Source: Octopus sinensis
Taxonomy: Eukaryota
Assembly: GCF_006345805.1 (NCBI RefSeq)
Contig: NW_021833643.1
Coordinates: 1-58,187, forward strand
Length of the DNA: 58,187 nucleotides
Reading direction: 5' to 3'
Shown: in pieces, positions 36,901 to 50,446 of the stretch
How positions within the stretch are numbered: the first letter of the stretch is position 1
How the letters are laid out: each line of letters opens with the position of its first letter
Program-made: the position numbers and the translations under genes
Notes under the pieces: model-generated
Told to the model about the DNA's origin: nothing
Seen by the model: only the letters and a program-made list of their open reading frames with translations
Databases searched by the model: none

Positions 36901-37734
36901 GTGCACACGTGGACACATACACACAAGTACACCCACACACGCAATGCTTTGAAGCATGTTCACTCTATTTGATCTATATACACACACACACACACATATT
37001 ATGCAGCTTAGAAACAGAACTCATAAGTCACAAATTAAACATTGCAGCCATCATCAAACCCAGACTGTTAGATATTTTCTATTTGCTTTTTCTTTTTTTT
37101 TTTATATATATTTTTTTCACTGAGGGTGGGAGGGCCTTCAACACCAAACACCACCACCCTTCAAAGTCATTATCTATAATTAACTCGTCTATGAAACCAG
37201 TCTCCCAGGTTCGCATTATAGTAGCTGTGACTGGATCAATGAGTTGCTTAATTTAGACTAAATTAATAGCTACATTCGTTATTAGCATTCAAATCTGAAA
37301 AGGTCAACTACTAAAATTGTTACAGTTTCAAGTTTGGTAAATATACTGCAGAAATATTTGCATTTATGCTTCTTGCAATACTTTCAGACATGAGATTGTC
37401 AAGAATGATATTGGATCTAAGAATTTGTTCTCAGAAATATATGGTCATAGGCTTGCACCTTTGGTTAGGTCTAAAGATAAATAATTATTCTTACTATAGG
37501 TAAAAAGCCTGAAATTTCATGGTAAGTGGACGGCTATTTATATTGGCCCTAGTGTTCATCTGGTATTTATTTTATGACCCTTGGAAAGACAAAAGGTAAA
37601 GTCGACTTCAGCAATATTTGAACTCAGAATGTAAAGAACTGGAAGAACTGCTACTAAGTATCTTGCTCGGTGTGCTAACGATTCTGCCAGCTCACCTGAA
37701 GGATCTAAAATAAATAATAGCTTTAAATTGTGGC

Positions 37735-37886
37735 AGAAGGCCAGTGGTCGGTCTGCGCAGATGGAACCGCGAATGGCTCGCTATCTCCAGTGACCTCACA
37801 CAGGACTGTCGAGCATGGGCCGCCATGGTTCGTGATGCCATTAGGAACAGAGAAGAAGCCATCATAAATACAAGTAGTAAGTAAGT
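37735..37886 (+). mobile_element. Short LINE 3' end, same family as 49900-50446
   Basis: Shared terminal motif and (AAGT)n tail. Confidence 0.5.
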
Positions 37887-38069
37887 ACACATGAATTTGG
37901 ACCACTCACAAGGTTTTGGTCAGCCTGCAGCTATACTTAAAACACTTTACCCATGGTGTCATGCAGTGAGGCTGAACCCTAGACCAAAACTGTTGGGAGG
38001 CAAACTTCTTAAGCACATAGCCATAATTGTGCCTAATTACCTAAGTACTAAAAAAATTTTTATCATGCA

Positions 38070-38477
38070 CTAGCAGTATCGCCCGGCGTTGCTCAGGTTT
38101 GTAAGGGAAATAACTATATAAGCATTTTTATAGAGTTATAGCCCAAAAATAGCAAAAAATGCATTAAAAATGGAAAAAAAATTATGGTAAATTTTTTTTT
38201 AAATCGTTGACTCATCGTAGACATTTTTAGAGAGTTACTTCCCTTATATAATAGCGAAAAAATGCATCAAAATGGAAAAAAATGATGGTAAATTATTTTT
38301 TAAATCGTAGACTCATCGTAGACTCATCGTAGACGCGCGCCAATACCCAGAAGGGCTCGATATGAATCACGACTATAAGATACCTGGTTTTGGTTAAACT
38401 GCACCGCAAAATGTGGGAGTAGTTAGGAATCTAAATCGTAGGAGACAGACACACAACCTTACTTTTATATATAAAGA
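38070..38477 (-). mobile_element. Non-autonomous Helitron, second copy of the 15539 family
   Basis: Near-identical sequence and termini. Confidence 0.85.
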
Positions 38478-38719
38478 TTTGTGACTTAATTACTGACACA
38501 ATTACACAGCCATTGAATTGCATCAGTGATCAGATCAGAAATGCGTGACAAAAACCGCAATGGCTCATAAATTAAATGGAAAAGCAAGTGTAACAGATTT
38601 AGCATGTTCTGAAATAAACTAAGCAGGCTCTTCTAAGATGATGCAATTCCTGCAGTTTCAACACAGAGCCTCAGAGCAACTCACTTACCAAACAAGTAAA
38701 GCTCCCAAAGATGTGTACA

Positions 38720-38750
<31 letters not shown>

Positions 38751-39296
38751 GCATGCATGCACAATTGTGTATGTATGAGTGAATGTGTGTATGAGAGAGA
38801 ATGCATGTGTGTGAGAGAGAGAGAGTGTATATGTGCCTGTGTATGTGAGTGCATCTGTGTGTGTGTGTGCATGCGTGTTTGTGTGTGAGTGAAAGTGTGT
38901 GTGCATGTGTGTGTGAAAGAGAGAGAGTATGTGTGTGTAAATATGCGTGCATAAGTATGTGTAAAAATGCAGGAAAAAAGTGCACTTAGTACATTATCTA
39001 GAGTATATATATAAGTATACATCAGAGATTCATGAAGCCAGTACTCTGCATTTCATTAGGCATATAATTATGTATCAAATTAATGAGATGCCTGTGATGA
39101 GTGAAACTCTGGCTGCATTTGACTTGAGAAATGGCTCTTTACTGATTACTGGTAAGCTATGCACCCACTGCATGTAATGGGCCACATTATGAGAATCATT
39201 GAGTACTGCTGTACAAATATCACTAGTGTGCAAGGGAAGCAACTCAGCAGAATATTATTTGCATTTTATAAATAATATTATGTACGACAGTAGCTA

Positions 39297-39690
39297 CTCC
39301 TTTACTCTTTTATTCTTTTACTTGTTTCAGTCATTTGACAGCGGCCATGCTGGAGCACCGCCTTTAGTCGAGCAAATCGACCCCAGGACTTATTCTTTGT
39401 AAGCCTAGGACTTATTCTATCGGTCTCTTTTGCCGAACCGCTAAGTTACAGGGACGTAAACACACCACCATCGGTTGTCAAGCGATGTTGGGGGGGGGAC
39501 AAACACAGACACACAAACATACACATACATATATATACAGATATATACGACGGGATTCTTTCAGTTTCCGTTTACCAAATCCAAGGCTTTGGTTGACCCG
39601 AGGCTATAGTAGAAGACACTTGCCCAAGGTGCCACGCAGTGGGACTGAACCTGGAACCATGTGGCTGGTAAGCAAGCTACTTACCATACA
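39297..39690 (-). mobile_element. SINE A, full length
   Basis: Near-consensus reverse complement. Confidence 0.9.
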
Positions 39691-40375
39691 TGTTTTTTTT
39701 TATCTATGGACCCCTTTCGTTACTATTTTATTCTGGTGGACCCCCATAGCCATTCCATGTTTAAAAGCTAGTTTTATAGACACTTCTTTCAAATTTCCTA
39801 TTTCGTTTTTCACACATTAACTTGTGAAGGTTGGACTATGTAAAATGTTAGAGACAGAAACCTATATGTTTCTTGCAATACATACTACATTTAAAGCAGG
39901 ATTTCTCTATGAACCCCTTTAATTACTATTTTATTCTAGTGAACCCCATAGTCTTTCGATGTTTAAAACCTAGTTTTATAGAGACTTCTTTCAAATTTCC
40001 TGTTCTAAAGAAGCTTAACTGTTTCTTGCAGTGAATATACCAAAAGCAAAATTTTTTCCATGAGCCCCTAAGATTCATCTTTGGAGCTCCAGTTAACTAT
40101 TTTGCTTGCGTGGGCCCTCACAAAATCTTATAATACTCAGGAGCCAAATGGACCCTGGTTGAGAATCACTGATGTACAATCTTTCATCTTTTACTTGTTT
40201 CAGTCATCAGATTGCTGCCATGATGGAATACCATCTTAAACGGTTTTAGTCTAAGAAATCAACCCCTTGTACCTATTATATCAGTCACGTTTGTTGAACC
40301 GCTAAGTTATGGTGACATAATCACACCAACATCAGTTGTCAAGTGAGAGTGATGGTGGACTAACACAGACACACA

Positions 40376-40425
<50 letters not shown>

Positions 40426-40498
40426 AATACACACACTCACACACATATATAAGACTTTTCACTTCTTGAGCATTAAACTAATATATTTGTTTGTTATA

Positions 40499-40540
<42 letters not shown>

Positions 40541-40789
40541 AGCATGGAAAACAGACCTAAAATGACGATGATGTATATCTTGCAGGTGCCACCAATATAC
40601 TAAGCTCTCAGTTTTATCGTTAAAGGTACAAAACTGAGTATTAGTATTTTTCAGTCGATAACTGATGAAGAATTACAGTCTTTCTGTGTTTGTCCTATGT
40701 TTTGGAGTATTTAATGCAGTTTTCATTTATTGAGTAACTGAATACCATACATCACAAATTTTATATATACACACACACACACATATATA

Positions 40790-41169
40790 CACTACCGTCA
40801 GAAATTAATTAGCACCCTTGATTTGCTCTTCACTCAAGGTATGTGCTGTCACCTAGTGGCCATATCTCGAACTATTGCTTTGTTGCGAGTTCACTGTTGC
40901 GCAGAACGATGACGTAACTTTGTTTGCAGAGCAGTTTGAGAGTCTACAGCCTTATGATGTTGACATAGCAGTGCAACAACAACTTGGAGTGCGGATGCAG
41001 ACAAATCTTCCTTTGTTTAATAGATATAGGTAGCGCCTCGCAAGGACCGAAATCACACCATACTAAGTTTTCTCATCGCGTAAGACGTTTTGAACAGCTC
41101 ATAGGTTAGTTGATTTAACCTATTTAATGTAGAAATTTGAGAAGTGCTAATTAATTTCTGACGCAAGTG
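40790..41169. mobile_element. Tc1/mariner-type MITE
   Basis: 26-bp TIR CACTACCGTCAGAAATTAATTAGCAC (2 mismatches), TA on both sides. Confidence 0.85.
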
Positions 41170-41177
41170 TATATGTA

Positions 41178-41364
41178 GCAGGTGGCACGTAAAAAGCACC
41201 CACTACACTCACGGAGTGGTTGGCGTTAGGAAGGGCATCCAGCTGTAGAAACATTGCCAGATTAGACTGGGCCTGGTGCAGCCTTCTGGCTTCCCAGACC
41301 CCAGTTGAACCGTCCAACCCATGCTAGCATGGAAAACGGACGTTAAACGATGATGATGATGATG
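41178..41364 (+). mobile_element. RTE 3' tail
   Basis: Family core and (GAT)n. Confidence 0.8.
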
Positions 41365-41576
41365 TATAGAGAGAGAGAGAGAGATAGAGGGTGATGATCA
41401 AGCTTCTTAGCATAATGAAAAGTTCTCTTTTCTTTCTACATCAATCACAAGGCCAGCAATTTTAGCAGAGAGCCTAAGTCATTTACATCGACCCCAGAGC
41501 TCAACAGGTGATTATCTATTCTTACTGACCCCAAAAGGATCAAAGACAAGGACAATCTTATCATTATCATCATCAC

Positions 41577-41726
41577 CGGAGTGGCTGTGTGGTAAGTAGC
41601 TTGCTTACTAGCCACACGGTTCTGGGTTCAGTCCCACTGCATGGCACCTTGGGCAAGTGTCTTCTATTATAGCTGCAGGCCAACCAAAGTGAGTGGATTT
41701 GGTAGACGGAAACTGAAAGTCCATCG

Positions 41727-41766
<40 letters not shown>

Positions 41767-41997
41767 CGATGTATGTAGTATGTGTGTGTATATGTTTGTG
41801 TGTCTATGTCTGTCCCCCAACATTGCTTGACAACCGATGCTGGTGTGTTTACGTCCCCACAACTTAGTGTTTTGGCAAAAGAGACCGATAGAATAAGTAC
41901 TAGGCTTACAAAGAATAAGTCCTGGGGTCGATTTGCTCAACTAAAGGTGGTGCTCCAGTATGGCTACAGTCAAATGACTGAAACAAGTAAAAGAGTA
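41577..41997 (+). mobile_element. SINE A
   Basis: Head, microsatellite and tail. Confidence 0.88.
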
Positions 41998-42007
41998 TCA
42001 TTATCAT

Positions 42008-42258
42008 TAAATGTCTGTTGTCCATGCTAGCATGGGTTGGACGGTTTGACTGGGCTGGCAAGCTGGAAGGCTGTGCCAGGATCCTGTCTGATTTGAGATG
42101 GTTTTCTATGGCTGGATGCCCTTCCTAACACCAACCACTCAAGTCTAATGGGTGTTTTTTTTACATGTCACTGGCGCTGGTGCCATTTGTGCGACACCAG
42201 TATCTGTCACAACTGTGATTTTGCTTGGCTTGATGAGTCTTCTTCTTAAGCATGACAT
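42008..42258 (-). mobile_element. RTE 3' tail
   Basis: Reverse complement of the family core. Confidence 0.7.
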
Positions 42259-42259
42259 A

Positions 42260-42657
42260 GGCGCAGGAGTGGCTGTGTGGTAAGGCTGTTTACCAACCAC
42301 ATTGGTTCTGGGTTCAGTCCCCACTGCGTGGGCACCTTGGGCAGGTTTCTTCTACTATAGCCTCGGGCCGACCAATGCCTTGGGAGTGGATTTGGTAGAC
42401 GGAAACTGAAAGAAGCCTGTCATATATATGTATATGTATATGTGTATGTGTGTGTGTGTGTGTGTGTGTGTTAGTGTGTCTGTGTTTGTTCCCCTAGCAT
42501 TGCTTGACAACCGATGCTGGTATGTTTATGTCCCCGTCACTTAGCGGTTCGGCAAAAGAGACCAATAGAATAAGTACTGGACTTACAAAAGAATAAGTCC
42601 CGATTAAAGGTGGTGCTCCAGCATGGCCACAGTCAAATGACTGAAACAAGTAAAAAA
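42260..42657 (+). mobile_element. SINE A
   Basis: Head, microsatellite and tail with a small deletion. Confidence 0.88.
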
Positions 42658-43184
42658 GTTTTAAAAAAAAGTAAGTATAATGCCAAAGGTCTTGGTCATT
42701 GCCTCCATGAGGCCCATCACTTGGAAGGAGCTTGGCCACTTGGCCTCCATGAGGCTCAAAAAGAACTCAGCCACTAACTGAGAACAGAAAACCAGAAGAA
42801 ATAAAATATTATGAATAACGTAGTAGTAGACATGTGTGGGTGGCTACGTGTGTAGGGTGGACAAAAAATACCTGAAGCATTATTTTTCAATTACGTATGT
42901 TAGAAACCATAGTTGTATGTGTATGTCTGTGTGTGTGTATGAGAGAGAGAGAGAGAGAAAGAGAGAGATGGTACATGAGTGTTAACAAATGTATCTGTTT
43001 ACTCATGCGTGTGTGTGCGTGCAAGAAACAGAGAGAAAAAGAAAGAGAGAGACGGTGTGAGAGTGTTAACAACATATCTTTGCTATATATATATATGTGT
43101 GTGGTGTGTGTGTGTATTATATAAAGATAGATATATATATATATGTATATGGGTGGTGTATGTAATATATATATGATATATATA

Positions 43185-43229
<45 letters not shown>

Positions 43230-43445
43230 TACTCATTACAGATATAGGTTAAAGAATTATTAATTTAATAATTAATAAATTTTACCAAGTAATTTCTGTA
43301 TGGAAAAGAACCATTATCGGCAGAAACTTTTACAAAAAGTTTTTTTTATATAAAATTATAAATATAATTAAGTGCTTCACCACATACCAAAAATTTAGAA
43401 ATAGCAGCCAAAAGACAGCTAATTCTTTTCACTACAGATATGACT

Positions 43446-43493
43446 CCACAGATGTGGTTGTCAAGCAATGGTGGAGGAACAAACACAGACACA

Positions 43494-43528
<35 letters not shown>

Positions 43529-43684
43529 GCGACGGACTTCTTTCAGTTTCCGTCTACCAAATCCACTCACAAGGCTTTGGTCGGCCCAAGGCTATAGTAG
43601 AAGACACTTGCTGAAGGTGCCATGCAGTGGGACTGAACCCAGAACCCTGTGGTTGGTAAGCAAATTTCTTATCATACAGCCACA
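43446..43684 (-). mobile_element. SINE A, partial
   Basis: Reverse-complement head and body. Confidence 0.8.
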
Positions 43685-44405
43685 CCTATATATATATGTT
43701 CTTATACATATGCGTGTGTGTGTTCATCAACCTTTGTATCTTGGTCTTCTTCGACACATTACATCATGGCTATGAGGTAAGAAATTTGCTTCCCATGGTA
43801 CATGCAAGTTTCTACATATTCAGGTGTGTAGAACACATTACATGTACAGACAAAATATATCGGCTGAAAAGCACTGGCATAAAACCAGTTTCACTCCTCA
43901 CTCTCATTCCACACATACACTGTACCATAGGAAGAATATTCACATAGATTCATACATTTAATAAAATACGTATAATTCTTTCAAATTTTTTTCCTTCGTC
44001 TACATGGGAAAAACATATCAATGTATACAGTAACACACCCACACCTACACACATCTCTCCCATTTTCTATGTAGTCCTTGTCCATGGGACATTTCCTAAA
44101 GCATGCTTTACTCTCTTCCTTCGTCTCTCTCTCTTTCTATTTATCTATATAATCTACCTATCTATCTCTCTCTCTGTTCTTTTTGTAAGACTTTTAAGGT
44201 GTGCATTGAACAGACATCTTCGCCTACTAATTTTTTTCTGCTTGAATTACTATGTTCTAATTCAACCATCAAAAAAACAGGTATATGCGTTATCATAATT
44301 CAATGATCATTGCGAATACGTATATGGTATGTCTCAGCTCAAGTATTTATTTCTTTGTCATTGGGTCCTGATGGGTTTGTTCAGGATGTGAAAAAGGAAG
44401 AACTT

Positions 44406-44472
<67 letters not shown>

Positions 44473-44809
44473 GCAGGTGTCTTTGAAAATGTAGATTGGT
44501 CATCTGTTGGTGTTGGTACTAATACGTTTTTTATTGTATTGTCTGTTGTTGTTGTAGTTGTTCATGCTTCTATTGATTTGAAAAGGAAACCTCTCCACCT
44601 ACAACAACATTACCTAATACTTTAGTCGCACAAAGTGAGGTGAGTCAACTTCCAAGATGAGAACATGATGTTATAAATAACAAATAAATATGTGTAACAA
44701 ATATACACAGATATAAATATGTATATATATTTTACATATTTATTTATATATGTGTGTGCATGTGTATATCTCGTTAAATATAAATATACATACATACATA
44801 CATACATAC

Positions 44810-45128
44810 ATAGCCTCGGGCCAACCAATACCTTGTGAGTGGATTTGGTAGACGGAAACTGAAAGAAGCCTGTCATATATATGTGTATATATATGTATGT
44901 GTGTGTGTATGTGTTTGCGTGTCTGTGTTTGTCCCCCTAGCATTGCTTGACAACCGATTCTGGTGTGTTTATGTCCCCGTCACTTAGCGGTTCGGCAAAA
45001 AGAGACCGATAGAATAAGTACTGGGCTTACAAAGAATAAGTCCCGGTGTCGATTTGCTCGACTAAAAGGCGGTGCTCCAGCATGGCCGCAGTCAAATGAC
45101 TGAAACAAGTAAAAGTAAAGTAAAGTAA
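44810..45128 (+). mobile_element. SINE A, 5' truncated
   Basis: Begins at tagcctcggg; intact tail. Confidence 0.85.
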
Positions 45129-45149
45129 GTATATATGTGTGTGTATATA

Positions 45150-45198
<49 letters not shown>

Positions 45199-45717
45199 CA
45201 TAGCAAGAGTATTCTTGTTTTATAAGTGTGTGTGTATGAGTATACATATATATACATATATATATATACATACGTATATGTACATATATATCATCATCTG
45301 CTGTCAATGCTGGATGGGTGAGAGTTTGACAGGAGCCAGCCAGGCAGAAGCCCGCACTGGACTTCTGTGTGTTTTGGCAGGGTTTTTAAAACTGGATGTC
45401 CTTCCTAACATCAACCACTCCCCAGCAGAGTGGATGTAGTGCTTTTCACATGGCACAAGCACAGGTGAGGTCAGTTTCGGCAAGATTTTTACAGCTGGAT
45501 GCCCATCCAAATGTCAACCACTTTACAGTGTGGACTCGGTGCTTTTTAAGTGGCACCTGCACCGACAGGGTCACCAAATAATTTGCAAGACAAAAATGTT
45601 TGAGAGAAGCAGGGTATTGGACGATGTGATCTTGTGTCAGATGATGAATGGTTATAGTGAGACAGAGAGAGAGAAACAGGTATCTTGCTGTAGAGGAGGT
45701 ACAAGGTTACCCGTTGC

Positions 45718-45755
<38 letters not shown>

Positions 45756-45782
45756 GGAATGAGTACAGAAACAAGTGAGCTG

Positions 45783-45830
<48 letters not shown>

Positions 45831-45879
45831 CCTCTCTCTCTCCCTGTGTGTTATATATATATATATTATATATAATAGA

Positions 45880-47810
45880 TGCTTAAAACATCTGGTGGTG
45901 TGGGCTATGGCCTTGTCACCCACATTGTAAACCAGGCAGTTCATGATGGAGTCATACCCAATGACTGGGTAGCGCGGCACCATAGTCAAGGGTAAAGGTG
46001 ATGCTCTAAACAGAAATAACTACAGGGGTATCAAACTGCTTGATCAGGTGATGAAGGTCAAGGAGAGGATTGTAGCCCATCTCATTAGGGAGAGAGTCTG
46101 CTTAGATGAGATGCAGTTTGGTTTTGTGCTGGGTAGAAGCACCACTGATGCCATATTCATGGTTCGACAACTGCAGGGGAAATACCTAGCTAAAGATAAA
46201 TCCCTATACTTAGCTTTTGTGGACTTTGAGAAAGCCTTTGACAGGGTCCCCCGATCCCTTATCTGGTGGGTGATGTGGAAACTGGAGATTGACGTATGGT
46301 TAATAAGGACTGTACAGGACCTATACAGAGAGGCTGTTAGTAAGGTTAGGATTGGCAATGAGTATAGTGAAGAATTCTGGGTAGAAGTAGGGGTCCACCA
46401 AGGTTCAGCCCTCAGTCCCCTTTTATTCATCATAGTCCTCCAAGCAATAACAGAGGAATTCAAGATGGGTTGCCCCTGGGAGCTCCTCTATGCTGATGAC
46501 CTGGCCCTCATAACAGAATCACTACCGGAACTAGAAAAGAAATTTCGGGTGTGGAAGCAAAGTTTAGAATCAAAAGGACTTACAGTCAATGTAGCAAAGA
46601 CCAAAGTTCTAGTAAGTAGGAAGGCGAACTCATTAAACACACACCCTCAGACAGGTGGCCCTGCTCGATTTGTAGAAAAGGTGTAGGTAGAAACTCCTTA
46701 AGGTGTACCCAGTGTAAGCTATGGACACATAAGAGGTGCAACAACATCAAAGGAAGATTAACCGAGAAGATAGCTTTCATGTGCGGCAGATGCACAAGGG
46801 CAATAGACAACACAGATGCTCAGAAAACAGATTCCATCGCACTCCAGGAGGAGAAGCTAGAAGTAGTTGATAGCTTCTGCTACCTAGGTGACCAGGTTAG
46901 TAGTTGGGGTGGATGCTCAGAGAGTGTGACCACTAGAATAAGTGACAAAGTACTGGTGACAAAGGGTCTCTCGCTCAGAGTGAAAGGTAGATTGTACAAT
47001 GCATGTGTGTGAACTGCCATGCTTCACGGCAGCAAAACATGGGCCATGACTGTGGAGGACATGCGTAGGCTCAAAAAGAAATGAAGCTAGCATGATCTGC
47101 TGGATGTGTAATGTCAGTGTGTACACATGACAGAGTGTAAGCACCCTGAGAGAAATGTTAGACATAAGAAGCATTGGATGTGGTGTGCAAGAGAGACGTT
47201 TGTGCTGGTATGGTCATGTACTATGGATGGATGAGGAGAGATGTGTGAAGAAGTGCCACTCCCAAACAGTTGAAGGAATCCAGGGTAGAGGTAGACCCAG
47301 GAAGACATGGGATGAGGTGGTCAAGCATGACCTTCAAACGTTGGGCCTCACAGAGGCAATGACAAAAGACCGAAACCTCTGGAGATATGCTGTGACTGCG
47401 AAGTCCAGACAAATAATGTGAGTCCACGGCATATCCTACACCAGCTTCACATAACCAGCCCCAGCCCATTCAAAGTACTTTGAATCATAGGGTGACCAGC
47501 TGTGCTTCAGGAAATCTATTGATTCAAGTACATCAACATCAAAATAAAAATCAAATGGAAATTGTAGATGCGGCACGTAAAAAGCAGCAACCGATCATGG
47601 GCATTGCCAGCCTCCTCTGGCCCATGTGCCGGTGGCATGTAAAAAGCACCCACTACACTCTCAGAGTGGTTGGCGTTAGGAAGGGCATCCAGCTGTAGAA
47701 ACTCTGCCAGATCAGACTGGAGCCTGGTGCAGCCTCCTGGCTTCCCAGACTCCAGTCGAACCGTCCAGCCCATGCTAGCATGGAGAACGGACGTTAAACG
47801 ATGATGATGA
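45880..47810 (+). mobile_element. 5'-truncated, frameshifted RTE-clade LINE (RT, PHD finger, C-terminus, 3' UTR, (GAT)n tail)
   Basis: NYRGIKLL, QFGF..GRSTTDAIF, FVDFEKAFDRV, GVHQGSALSP, LLYADDLAL, FCYLG, RRLCWYGHV, GRPRKTW; stops and frameshifts near 46650, 47010 and 47080. Confidence 0.92.
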
Positions 47811-48069
47811 TAATGTATATACATATGCATCTGTAAACATATATACATGTGTTCACTTACATTATATATATATGAATGTATGTATATACATATGTATCTG
47901 TAAACATATACACATGTGTTCACTTACATTATATATATATGAATGTATGTATATACATATGTATCTGTAAACATATACACATGTGTTCAATTACATTATA
48001 TATATATGAATGTATGTATATACATATGTATCTGTAAACATATACACATGTTCACTTACATTATATATA

Positions 48070-48070
<1 letters not shown>
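47810..48070 (+). repeat. Minisatellite, about 68-bp unit (tatctgtaaacatatacacatgtgttcacttacattat...)
   Basis: About 4 copies directly after the RTE tail. Confidence 0.85.
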
Positions 48071-48100
<30 letters not shown>

Positions 48101-48230
48101 GAATGAATGAAAGAATGGAGTCGAACGAAGATGTTAACAAAATTCCTTTACTCTTGACATATTTGCTACCCAGGTATCGGTTAAACGAATTTTCCATGCT
48201 GACGATAAACATAGGATAATTCATTCACCT

Positions 48231-48270
<40 letters not shown>

Positions 48271-48711
48271 TATATACCATAATACTATATAATATAAATA
48301 TAAAGACACACACACATATTTAGTATGCATATATTATCAAAATTTAATGAATGATCATTTCTTTAATAGTCACCTATTTATTAGACATACACAAAGACAT
48401 ACAGATATAGCAGGTAAATATAGAAAAACCCCACTGAGACAGAGTTCAAGATGAACACACAGAAATGGGCACACACATGAAAACACAAACATACATATAA
48501 TCATAGATATCCAGACACATAGACACACGTGTATTTATACACCAAGACAACATTCCATATGTTTTAATACGGTGACTCAACTTTTTGCCACACCCGACAT
48601 GCACACCTATAATTACAAAATGCGCCTTCACACATTTATACCTGTATAGGTTTCCAAAGGTTGCCTGGTAATATTAATTTTAGCCAATTTCTTTTCACCA
48701 GCAACAGGCAC

Positions 48712-48712
48712 A

Positions 48713-48744
<32 letters not shown>

Positions 48745-49410
48745 TATTATATATATATATATATATACACATATATATATTATATAATATACACACATAT
48801 ATATATATATATACACACATATATATATATATATACACACATATATATAATATATACCCACATATATATATATATATACACCTATATATATACACACATA
48901 TATATTAACCACACATATATATATATATACACATATATATATATATAACACATATATATATATACACATATATATATATATATACACATATATATATATA
49001 CACATATATATATAACACATATATATATATATTATATATATATACACATATATATATATACACATATATATATATATATATTACAAATATATATATATAT
49101 CTATATACATATATATATACATACATATATAATATATATAATATATACATATATATATATAAATAATATATACACATATATATATATATACACATATATA
49201 TATATATATTATACATATATATATACACATATATATATACACATAATATATATATACATATATATATACATACATATATACACATATATATATATATACA
49301 CATATATATTACATACATATACACATATATATATATATACACACATATATATAATACACATATATATATATACACATATATATATATTATACACATATAT
49401 ATATATATAT

Positions 49411-49468
<58 letters not shown>
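48712..49468. repeat. (TA)n/(CA) microsatellite of about 750 bp
   Basis: Direct reading. Confidence 0.95.
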
Positions 49469-49470
<2 letters not shown>

Positions 49471-49517
49471 GCTATATTGTGAGCTAACTAGGGTACCATG
49501 GGTTCCTGTCAAGAGCA

Positions 49518-49560
<43 letters not shown>

Positions 49561-49899
49561 CATTATTAATAATAAGGGTAAATAATTATTAATTTTAAAA
49601 GTGAATAATTATTACCAAGTAGTTACAGTATGGAAATAGAACCATTATCGGTAGGAACTTTTACAGAAAGTTCTTTATATATATAAGGTTAAGCAACAAG
49701 TTGCTTAGCCACATACTGAAAATTTAGAAATAGCAGTCAAATAATGAAAGAGAGAGAAAATTTTCTGCAAGACAATCCAAAGAAAAAAAGAAACTCCTTT
49801 TGGTAGCCGAATAACTTTAAAGGATTCAACTGCCCCCTCCTACCAAAGAATTAATTCAACCATTCCTAAAGGCTGAAAAATCAAAACCCTTTCGAACTG

Positions 49900-50446
49900 T
49901 AAAGTTTACTCCATTATAGTTCTGTTGTATGGGGAATCTATACACCCCCATGATTGGCTAAGTGAACTACACTAGTTAGTATAAATGAGCATGTGCAGAA
50001 CAGTCTAGGAAGAGTGACATATGTGCAGTCATAGTGTACAGTGTCTCCAAAGTCCATTTCCTCCTCACCGTGGTGGGGACGCTGGCAACGGGTAGTGTCA
50101 GAGCTATGCCGTCAGAAACTTTGGTTCCTGGTAGGGCCACCCAAGGCGGATTGGTCTGACACCGAGTGGTATTAGGGCCACAACCCGGCAGACGAGGCTC
50201 TAGTGAAAATCCTCGGAGTGTCTGTTTCGGTAACTGGCAGCTCCTCGGTCGTTCTGTCCCTGCGTCTGCGGACAATCTGCAGCAAACAGGGTGTCTCTAC
50301 ATGCGGGATTGTTGGGGATCGCTTGTGAAATTCATATTCCCACGAAACTTCTTCCACTAGCATGGTTCGAGATGCTTCGAGGGTGGTGGAAGAAGCCGAC
50401 TCAACCCGCCCAGGATGAATTTCCCCACAAGTACAAGTAAGTAAGT
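49900..50446 (+). mobile_element. Degraded LINE 3' end with (AAGT)n tail
   Basis: IVLLYGES remnant near 49915; 3' end gcatggttcgagatgc...gaagaagcc...caagtaagtaagta shared with 37735-37886. Confidence 0.5.

Noticed and set aside
40660-40690. gataa-CTGATGAAG hammerhead-like start
   Set aside because: No stem II, GAAA or stem I partner follows; at most a truncated relic.
393-49468. Numerous His/Ile/Met/Tyr/Cys-Val-rich ORFs in the ORF track
   Set aside because: Translations of (TA)n, (CA)n, (CAT)n and (GGT)n microsatellites or of SINE/RTE UTR copies.
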